Below are positions 57,253-64,000 of a stretch of DNA of 64,000 nucleotides, piece after piece. Location: assembly GCA_900753315.1 (NCBI GenBank), contig CAADYP010000016.1:2436-66435 (forward strand). Reading direction: 5' to 3'. The notes under the pieces are model-generated. The model ran no database searches and was not told where the DNA came from. It saw only the letters and a program-made list of their open reading frames with translations. Position 1 is the first letter of the stretch. Each line of letters begins with the position of its first letter. Source of the stretch: Clostridia bacterium (lineage in GTDB: Bacteria; Bacillota; Clostridia; Christensenellales; UBA1242). Position numbers and translations under genes: made by a program.

Positions 57253-58758
57253 TCAAGAAACAACATCAAAAATCAGCATAGGCTTGCTTATATAACAGTT
57301 TTCGTTATTTGTTTTGAAAACAAATTGAAAATCTTTTCCATAACAGCACACAGGCAATCTTTGTTCTTTTTCGTCCCCTGTGAAAGAATAAGTTTTTGTT
57401 TCTTCGTCAGAGATTATTTCAATTTGACACGCATATTTCGTGTTTAAAACAATCTCTTTAATTTTCTTCCGCTTTGACTTGAAACCCAAATCTGTTTTAA
57501 AGGATTTCCATTCTTTTTGCGTTGAGACTCCAAAAGTTTTCCCAATTGTGACAAGTTCACCAACATGTGTTTTATAGTCATTATAAAAACATGCAACAAG
57601 TTTGCTCATATAAGGATTATCGATTGTCAAAACTTTTCTGATATCGACACCACGATAAACATTTGTCTCAAAATTTTCAATATCAACCTCAAACAAGGCA
57701 TTGTTTGTCCAAGATGTTTTTGCTTCACAACCGACATTTTGTCCGTCTCCAAAATCACATTTCGTGGCAATATAATACTTTCCATTCAAACAAGCTGCCG
57801 AGCAATTTGTATTGTCAAGATTTTTGAAATATTTGTCATACTGCCCAGCAATTTTGTCCACAGAATTGCCATTGAAAGCATAAAGTCCATCTCTTGTCAT
57901 AAAGAAAACTTTGTCACCACAAACGCAAACCGAATTTTCATAGATTTTTGATGAAGAAGTAAACAAATGAGTGAAAGAGAAGTTGTCTTTTGTGGTATAA
58001 ATTGAGATTTTTGTTATCCCATATTCTCTGAATAAATATACATAATCATTGAAAGCAACAAGTTTGTTGAACGAACCTCTGTTGTCCAAAAATTCAATCG
58101 CCGAACTTTCACTGCTTGACCATGTTTTAAGATTTAAGTTTGTTGTATAAATGAGAGTATTTCGGTTTGTGTTGGTTATTCCAAAAAATTTGTCATAATG
58201 CACCGCGCCAGAAATCAATGCCGGAACATTGTCAAAAATACCTTCTTCTGTCGCCGCCATGCAAAGCATACCTCCTTTTGAGAAAAACAAACAACTATCT
58301 ATGTTGTTTATGCGATATTGACATTGAAATGTTGGATAACTTGAAAGTTTTGTCGATTTTGACCAAATCATACCTTCATATTGGTCAACGATCGGCACTC
58401 CCCAAATTTGTTGACTTGAGTCAATCATAAGCAAAGTATAAACATATCTCTCGACATTTGTGTTATACCATCTATCCATCCAAAGCCCGTCAATTTCGTC
58501 CAATTTTTCAGCAAAATTAAAAGTATGGCAAGTTTGCAAATCGTCCGTTGAAGCAGGGACTTGAAAATCTCTAAATCCAAGTCCCGTTTTCAACGCACCG
58601 TCAGAAAAGCGCAAATTGAAACTGTCCTTGCAAGCATTTGGTTTGGCAAGTGCATCATCTTCGTTTGAGACTACCCCATCTCCAAAGATAGAGAAAACAA
58701 GATTTTTCTCTTGCGTCTTTTTATGTTTTTTAAGATTTTTATAAAAAATCAAATCCAA
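57253..58758 (-). CDS. phage-associated protein of unknown function (501 aa, Cys-rich, probably all-beta)
   Basis: The last large ORF of the structural operon. Its start overlaps the preceding gene. No family recognised. Confidence 0.45.
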   Translation of the reverse strand: MDLIFYKNLKKHKKTQEKNLVFSIFGDGVVSNEDDALAKPNACKDSFNLRFSDGALKTGLGFRDFQVPASTDDLQTCHTFNFAEKLDEIDGLWMDRWYNTNVERYVYTLLMIDSSQQIWGVPIVDQYEGMIWSKSTKLSSYPTFQCQYRINNIDSCLFFSKGGMLCMAATEEGIFDNVPALISGAVHYDKFFGITNTNRNTLIYTTNLNLKTWSSSESSAIEFLDNRGSFNKLVAFNDYVYLFREYGITKISIYTTKDNFSFTHLFTSSSKIYENSVCVCGDKVFFMTRDGLYAFNGNSVDKIAGQYDKYFKNLDNTNCSAACLNGKYYIATKCDFGDGQNVGCEAKTSWTNNALFEVDIENFETNVYRGVDIRKVLTIDNPYMSKLVACFYNDYKTHVGELVTIGKTFGVSTQKEWKSFKTDLGFKSKRKKIKEIVLNTKYACQIEIISDEETKTYSFTGDEKEQRLPVCCYGKDFQFVFKTNNENCYISKPMLIFDVVS

Positions 58759-59312
58759 CTCCTTGCAGGCAAGATATGTTCGCCACGTCTTCTGCTCAAA
58801 ACAAACAAACTCTGTTTAAACCTATCTTCCCAAATTTCCGCATCATCACTCACGCCATCAACAAGCAAAAATTCGCTTGCCACGCCATAAGCATACACAC
58901 GCTTTGACAAACCGTTATAAATTTCTACATTGTCTGTCAAAGTTTTTTCAGATGGCAAGAAACTGTAAACAATGCTTCTTGCATGTCCAAAAACTTCAAC
59001 ATAATTTGGAAACAATTTGAACTTCAAATTCATTCCAATTTTGTTTTTGATTTCGTAAACATTTATAAGCGTTTTGTCGAGAGTGGAAAAATTTAAAATA
59101 GAGTTGTTTACATCAATTTCTTCTTTTGTAAGAAAAGGCAGATAATCACTGGCAATCTCTTGATTTACAAGATTGAAACAACGCACCATCAAATCCAGTT
59201 TTTCTTGTTCTCTTGAAGTGTAAGTAACCGCTTCCGTAGACTCCAATTTTGCGAGCAACTCTCTTTCACCCACAAAATCACAAACCAATTTAATAATATC
59301 TTTAACTGTCAT
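58749..59312 (-). CDS. phage-associated hypothetical protein (187 aa)
   Basis: The start is set at 'MTVKDIIKL' after SD 'aaggag'. It is translationally coupled to its neighbours. Confidence 0.45.
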   Translation of the reverse strand: MTVKDIIKLVCDFVGERELLAKLESTEAVTYTSREQEKLDLMVRCFNLVNQEIASDYLPFLTKEEIDVNNSILNFSTLDKTLINVYEIKNKIGMNLKFKLFPNYVEVFGHARSIVYSFLPSEKTLTDNVEIYNGLSKRVYAYGVASEFLLVDGVSDDAEIWEDRFKQSLFVLSRRRGEHILPARSWI

Positions 59313-59622
59313 ATAGCGTCTCCTTAAAATCATTCCAAATCTTTTTTATGTTGTCTTTTTTCTGCTTTTCGTTCTCTCTTTGCATTTCTTCAAAAAGGGT
59401 ATCACTATTTTGAACCCTAGTTTTAAGCACAAGCGTCACTGCCCTTTCATCCAAACTATCAAAGGGAAATGTCAAACAATAAGTGTTCCCGCCCTGTGAC
59501 TTGTTGTGAAGTTCAAACTTTTTCTTGTCCAAGTCAAATAAGACAAAATAGTCTTCATCAACAGCTTTTATGCGTTTTGTTATATCAAGACAATCACTTT
59601 CGATTTCAAATGACCTTTTCAT
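59302..59622 (-). CDS. phage-associated hypothetical protein (106 aa)
   Basis: It lies directly after the capsid gene, in the position of a head completion or decoration protein. Confidence 0.4.
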   Translation of the reverse strand: MKRSFEIESDCLDITKRIKAVDEDYFVLFDLDKKKFELHNKSQGGNTYCLTFPFDSLDERAVTLVLKTRVQNSDTLFEEMQRENEKQKKDNIKKIWNDFKETLYDS

Positions 59623-59640
59623 AAAATTTTCCTTTTATCT

Positions 59641-60810
59641 TTAAGTATTAGATGCGACAGTTGTAGGAATGCTACTGCAATAAGCAACACCAGATGGCTT
59701 TTGGCAAATAAGTTCTGTGTATTTAACCAAAGTTGCAGAATAAGCAGGCTTGTTAGCGTGTTGTTTCAAAATTCTGCCAGATTCGTCTTCCAACCATTTC
59801 CAATCGCCAAGTTCATAGAAAGTAAAGTCATCAGTGTTAAGGAAGTAGCATTCTCCTGCAGCAACATGGTTTGTAGGCACGATAGGTGTTCCAAAGTGAG
59901 TAATAACTTTCATACCATCTTCCAATGTTGTGTATTCAATGTTCTTCTTATAGATAGTCAAATATTTTTGATACAATCTCTTAAGCTCATAAGAACAGTT
60001 GATAAAGTTTACATTTGTTCCTGCCATTTCAAGGTCATCAATAATTTTTTGAACATAATCTTCATCAAAAGTATCAGATGTGGCACCTGTATATTTCTTT
60101 GCTTTCATAATTGGATAAGTACTTCTGTCAACTCCATACAAAGTTGTGTTGTTTACAATACCCTTAAGACCGATAATATCGTTTCCTTTAGAGTTGTGCA
60201 AATAAACAGTGTATCCTGTTGCCAAAGTTACGCTTGAAGCAATATTAAACACAACTACCTTTGAAGATTTATCTACAGACTTCACAAAAACATTTGAAGC
60301 CACAGATGTTGTGTCATTGTAAATATCAACATACATTCCAGGAGCAATTGCTTCTGCGTTGTCGACAGTAACAGTTCCAGAACTTACCGTCAAAGTTGCC
60401 AAGAGGCCTGTTCCGTCTCCATAAACCATTCTTGAAAGATTAAACATGCTTGCTTTCAAAAGAGAATCCATGCCATCTTGAAGAAGGTTAACGAAAGCAT
60501 TTACATCAGAAGCAGAGCATTTCAATGCCTTGTCACTGATTTCAAATCTTCCATACAAATTTTTGAGTGGTGCTTTCAAAGAAAGGTAAGGTGTGTCAAC
60601 GCCGTCTGGCAAATCACTTGTTTCTTCTCCTGCCATAATTCCGCCATTGATGCCAACTGGAGCAACTACTCTTATTTCCTTTCCGAAAACATTTCTAGAA
60701 CTTCTTTTAATTCTGCTGAAAAGTGGGTTTGTTTTTGTGTTTATTTGGTCAGCAATAACACCCAAATAGACATCTTTGAGCACATTTTCTGCGCTAGTTA
60801 ATGTAACCAT
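59641..60810 (-). CDS. phage major capsid protein (putative)
   Basis: 389 aa, immediately after the scaffold gene. The N-terminus 'TSAENVLKDVYLGVIADQINTKTNPLFSRIK' and the protein's size fit HK97-fold capsid proteins. Confidence 0.6.
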   Translation of the reverse strand: MVTLTSAENVLKDVYLGVIADQINTKTNPLFSRIKRSSRNVFGKEIRVVAPVGINGGIMAGEETSDLPDGVDTPYLSLKAPLKNLYGRFEISDKALKCSASDVNAFVNLLQDGMDSLLKASMFNLSRMVYGDGTGLLATLTVSSGTVTVDNAEAIAPGMYVDIYNDTTSVASNVFVKSVDKSSKVVVFNIASSVTLATGYTVYLHNSKGNDIIGLKGIVNNTTLYGVDRSTYPIMKAKKYTGATSDTFDEDYVQKIIDDLEMAGTNVNFINCSYELKRLYQKYLTIYKKNIEYTTLEDGMKVITHFGTPIVPTNHVAAGECYFLNTDDFTFYELGDWKWLEDESGRILKQHANKPAYSATLVKYTELICQKPSGVAYCSSIPTTVASNT

Positions 60811-60858
60811 TTAATTTTCTCCTTTTTAAGGCTTTTCGCCTGATTTGTCAAAAGAATT

Positions 60859-61515
60859 TTATTTAAGCAAGTCCAAAACAACTTTCTTTGCTTGTTCAAA
60901 ACTATCTGGCTTTGGAGTAACCGTTTTGGTTACTCTTTCACCAGAATTGGAGGACATAACAATAGGAATATTGTTTGATTGAAGTTGTTTCATATAATCC
61001 TTTACGACCAAATTTTTCAATTCATCATCTTTTAATATCAAATTTTGGACGAGCGGATCATTTGCCTTGTCTGGAGCAGTAAGTTTTTCATATAACATTT
61101 CTGCCCAAGCCTTTTCAAACTTACGTTCGTCACCTTTCAAACTGTCGTCTTGCATTGCTCTTGCTTTAATTTCATCAGCATACATGACCGCTCCCTGATT
61201 TTTTGAAAGGAACACTCTTAAATCTCCGTCACCATAATCTTCGGCATCGGTTTGATTTTGTGTTTTGTCTTTCTCCAAAACAGACAATTTTTGGCTTTTG
61301 CGAGTAAATTCTGCTTGCAGATTGTTGTAGGCTTCATACAAATCTTCAACACTCTTAAATTTTCCAATGGGAACGCCCCTTTCTGCTTCATTTGATGTTG
61401 CCATATTATCATCTGCAAGCATTTCACTCTGTGAGGAGCCTCGTGCACTTTCTTCGGCAATATTTGTCTCTTGTGCCACTTCTGGTTGTTCCTCAATATT
61501 TTTGTTTTCTTCCAT
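60859..61515 (-). CDS. phage scaffolding protein (putative)
   Basis: Acidic N-terminus, then 'GKFKSVEDLYEAYNNLQAEFTRKSQKL', a pattern common in phage scaffold proteins. It sits between the portal and capsid genes. Confidence 0.6.
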   Translation of the reverse strand: MEENKNIEEQPEVAQETNIAEESARGSSQSEMLADDNMATSNEAERGVPIGKFKSVEDLYEAYNNLQAEFTRKSQKLSVLEKDKTQNQTDAEDYGDGDLRVFLSKNQGAVMYADEIKARAMQDDSLKGDERKFEKAWAEMLYEKLTAPDKANDPLVQNLILKDDELKNLVVKDYMKQLQSNNIPIVMSSNSGERVTKTVTPKPDSFEQAKKVVLDLLK

Positions 61516-61525
61516 TTTATTCTCC

Positions 61526-63367
61526 TCAAATAAGTCTTTCCTTGTGCTTTTGAATGTGCTTCAAAAACAATTTTTCAATCTTTTTATCGTATTCTCCACC
61601 ATACAAAACCTTCAACATATATGCTGTATGTTGGTTTATATGGAGTTCATCATTGTCTATTTCTTTTACTTCAACATCTTTCCCGCTGTTAAGTTTGCTG
61701 TTCTCAATGTCCGCATTTTTGATGTGCAAATCTCTCAAATCTACCGAATTATCCCAAACACCAAAGCCGATATTTTCCATAATCTTTGCCTTCATGCTGT
61801 TTGAAATTTTTCCGTCTTCATCAGCCAAAAGCCCCTTGTCAAGCAAAGTAAAAATCATTGTTCTTCTTTGTGACAAAGTGTCATTGGTTTCATTGTCAGT
61901 ATCAAATTGGACATCATCACTTGAAATATCGTTACCTTTGAAATAAAAGACATCCAAAGTTCCATCATCTCCAACAATCTTGATAAGTCGAGGGAAAGTC
62001 GCAAATTGCTTATAAAGTCTCAAAATGTGTTTTGCCATAGTTTTGATTGCGCTTTTCATGCTGTCAGTCGTAAACTTCAAGCGTGTTTCATTTTCGTCAA
62101 TCAAAAGTTCAAGAGCAACTCCACTCAAACTTGCAGAGACGCTTTCCATACTTCCAATTTCGCTTGTTCCACTCAAAGAATTAAATTCTTTTAAGAGTTT
62201 CTCTTCTTCTTTTTCAAAATCAGAAGGGACATTTTCTCCACCCAAAAACTTTGGAGCAGACGAGCCCTGTCTATAAACCAAAATCTTGCCAGGTGCAAGA
62301 CCTTCTTCTTCCAAATTGTCGATATCAACACTGCCATCTTCAACAGCCAAAACGCCAAGTGTCAAACGATTGATATATTCGTGTTTTCTGTTTTTAACAG
62401 CGTTGTAAGACCTTTGAATTGGAATAAGTCTTGAAATCATACTTACTCCCCAGAAATTGCCAACTTCCTCATTGCAAATTTGTCTAACAAAAGGAAATTC
62501 TCTCTTGCCATCAATTCCGTTTAAGTAAGGAAGTTCGCCGTCATAAACAAGTTTGTCACCAGCCACAATAATAAGTCTACCATCTGGAAATTTTTCGCAT
62601 GGTTTAACATATTTTTCCAAAACAATCGCACTGTTTTTTCTTGTTGTTTCAATAAGTTTAGTGGCTAGTCCAGAATATCCAAGCCCACCAAGAGACACAG
62701 ATGTTCCGTCAAGCGAATAGACATTTATGTCTTTTCCTTCAACATCAACTCCATAAGTTTGTTTGATTTCATCAACAGTATAAGCTCTTGCATGAATCAA
62801 ACTTTGACACTCTTGCAAACTCTCATGTGTTGCAGAATCAGGATAGATTTCAAATGGCGAACAAATAGAAATGTCCACATCGCCTGTTTTTATTTTCTTT
62901 CCATCTTCTTCAAGTGCAACCACCTGTCCAAGGTTTGAATTCCAAGAAATTTTATAAAAACTTGTTCCACAAATTTCACTCCATTTTGTCGCTTGATTGA
63001 TTTTTGCGCTCAAATTCATTTTGTTTGAAACAGAGTCCAGAATCTTTTTTCCGACCTTTGCCGTATACAAATCTTCCTCTTCATTTGTTGCTGGCAATAC
63101 CTGCATTTTAGGTTTTATTTTTGCAAGTTTTGAAAGTCTTATATCAATGATTGGTGCAATATGATTGAAAACTTCTCTTTCTTGCCAAAAATATTTCTTG
63201 TCCATTTCTCTGACAAAACCACCATAACCAACATCGCAATATTGATTGCCCATATAAAAGTTCATGTTGAGTTGCCATTGATTGTCAAAACTTTTTCTTG
63301 CTCTCACTCTTTCTTCAAAGTCTTCAAGTGTTTCCTTAACTACAATGTCTTCAATTTTTTCTTTCAT
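61526..63367 (-). CDS. phage portal protein (putative)
   Basis: 613 aa with no Walker A. It has 'NQWQLNMNFYMGNQY' and an acidic C-terminus, and lies upstream of the scaffold and capsid genes. Confidence 0.6.
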   Translation of the reverse strand: MKEKIEDIVVKETLEDFEERVRARKSFDNQWQLNMNFYMGNQYCDVGYGGFVREMDKKYFWQEREVFNHIAPIIDIRLSKLAKIKPKMQVLPATNEEEDLYTAKVGKKILDSVSNKMNLSAKINQATKWSEICGTSFYKISWNSNLGQVVALEEDGKKIKTGDVDISICSPFEIYPDSATHESLQECQSLIHARAYTVDEIKQTYGVDVEGKDINVYSLDGTSVSLGGLGYSGLATKLIETTRKNSAIVLEKYVKPCEKFPDGRLIIVAGDKLVYDGELPYLNGIDGKREFPFVRQICNEEVGNFWGVSMISRLIPIQRSYNAVKNRKHEYINRLTLGVLAVEDGSVDIDNLEEEGLAPGKILVYRQGSSAPKFLGGENVPSDFEKEEEKLLKEFNSLSGTSEIGSMESVSASLSGVALELLIDENETRLKFTTDSMKSAIKTMAKHILRLYKQFATFPRLIKIVGDDGTLDVFYFKGNDISSDDVQFDTDNETNDTLSQRRTMIFTLLDKGLLADEDGKISNSMKAKIMENIGFGVWDNSVDLRDLHIKNADIENSKLNSGKDVEVKEIDNDELHINQHTAYMLKVLYGGEYDKKIEKLFLKHIQKHKERLI

Positions 63368-63582
63368 AAATTCTCCTTTTTGTTCTTTCTTGTCTTAAAA
63401 GGTGCATCAATGGACTTTGGCACACACTGCTTTGAAAAACATTCAAACATCTTTTTCATGCAGTCTTCACAAAAAACAAGTTCACGCCTAATAAACCCTT
63501 TCGTGCTGAAACTGTATTTTGCCAAGTTGTTACAGCCATAAAAGTCACATTTCAACTGATGCTTACAGATTTCCATCTTCAT
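63364..63582 (-). CDS. small Cys-rich (zinc-ribbon-like) phage protein
   Basis: 72 aa with 7 Cys ('CKHQLKCDFYGC...FCEDCMKKMFEC'). It overlaps the portal start by 4 nt. Confidence 0.45.
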   Translation of the reverse strand: MKMEICKHQLKCDFYGCNNLAKYSFSTKGFIRRELVFCEDCMKKMFECFSKQCVPKSIDAPFKTRKNKKENL

Positions 63583-63862
63583 TTTCTTCTTTCTCCTTTT
63601 GTTTTAAAAGTTGCAAAAGCCTTTGTTTTTCTTGCAAAAGTTGTTTGTCGGACATCTTGGAGATTTCATCATTTGACAAATCAGATTGTTCAAGCAAAAA
63701 TCTCAAAGCATTGATATCAGGCGGATTAAATTTTTTTGTTATCTTTCGCTTCGACAAAATCGAATTTCCGTTTTCGTCTGTTGTGTATTCTTCGACAATT
63801 TCATCGCTTTCATATCCCAATGCTTTTTTGAGCAAAGCATTTTTTATTTCTTCCTCATTCAC
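63563..63862 (-). CDS. phage small-terminase-like / DNA-binding protein
   Basis: 'KKALGYESDEIVEEYTTDENGN...KRKITKKFNPPDINALRFLLEQ' resembles the N-terminal DNA-binding region of Firmicutes phage TerS proteins. SD 'gaggtgaaagg'. Confidence 0.4.
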   Translation of the reverse strand: MNEEEIKNALLKKALGYESDEIVEEYTTDENGNSILSKRKITKKFNPPDINALRFLLEQSDLSNDEISKMSDKQLLQEKQRLLQLLKQKEKEENEDGNL

Positions 63863-63893
63863 CTTTCACCTCAAAACTGCAACTTTTGCCCAA

Positions 63894-63922
63894 ATTGTAA
63901 AACTCAAAATCTGCATTTTCAA
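63894..63922 (-). promoter_or_regulatory. candidate promoter of the phage-like structural operon
   Basis: On the minus strand: TTGAAA, a 17-nt spacer, then TACAAT, about 30 nt upstream of the first gene's SD. Confidence 0.35.
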
Positions 63923-64000
63923 CAAATCGTGCCAAAATTTTTTTGACACAATGCAAATTAACAAAAAATCTTAAAATAAATAGAATGTAAATGTAGAGGG

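Larger units (their letters stand above)
56453..64000 (-). mobile_element. prophage or phage-derived element (left end next to polA; right end beyond the window)
   Basis: A co-directional, tightly packed or overlapping gene set: TerS-like, portal, scaffold, capsid and two holins, bounded on the left by a strong terminator. Confidence 0.6.

Overview
This window is a low-GC chromosomal segment that looks Firmicutes or Clostridia-like, because it carries sporulation genes (a spoIIIAH 3' end and spoIVB). All protein names come from motifs recognised by eye; no similarity search was run.

Most of the window is housekeeping:
- Nt 1-14,300 is a plus-strand block: asp23-nusB-xseAB-proS, infC-rpmI-rplT, a TrmH-family methylase, yebC, ruvCAB and queA-tgt.
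- A 500-bp non-coding, highly structured convergent gap follows.
- After it comes a long minus-strand block: nifU-nifS, trxA, tcdA, hslUV, a trmFO-like gene, topA, dprA, comM, rny, clpXP and tig.
- Further on are spoIVB, recN, argR, thiI plus a cysteine desulfurase, pheST with a Phe T-box, ruvX and polA.

Non-housekeeping content:
1. A monocistronic 510-aa protein on the opposite strand with an internally duplicated HEPN-like I(R/C)NSI(A/V)HG motif. It has no CRISPR array or partner gene.
2. A compact phage-derived late operon at 56.4-63.9 kb: TerS-like, Cys-rich protein, portal, scaffold, capsid, three unknowns, BhlA and a phiLC3-type holin. It has no recognisable large terminase, tail genes or endolysin in the window, and the element continues past the right edge.
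3. A PadR-type regulator fused to a long disordered linker and a C-terminal membrane domain, convergent with a 1006-aa GLUG / Listeria-Bacteroides-repeat surface protein.
4. A dispersed intergenic repeat family with core GTATTATGC/GCATAATAC, often arranged as hairpins.
5. A C-rich, G-poor candidate sRNA region upstream of argR.
6. Several genes whose ATG sits 5-6 nt after a sigma-A-like -10 box, suggesting leaderless mRNAs.

No rRNA genes, tRNA genes or CRISPR arrays were seen.
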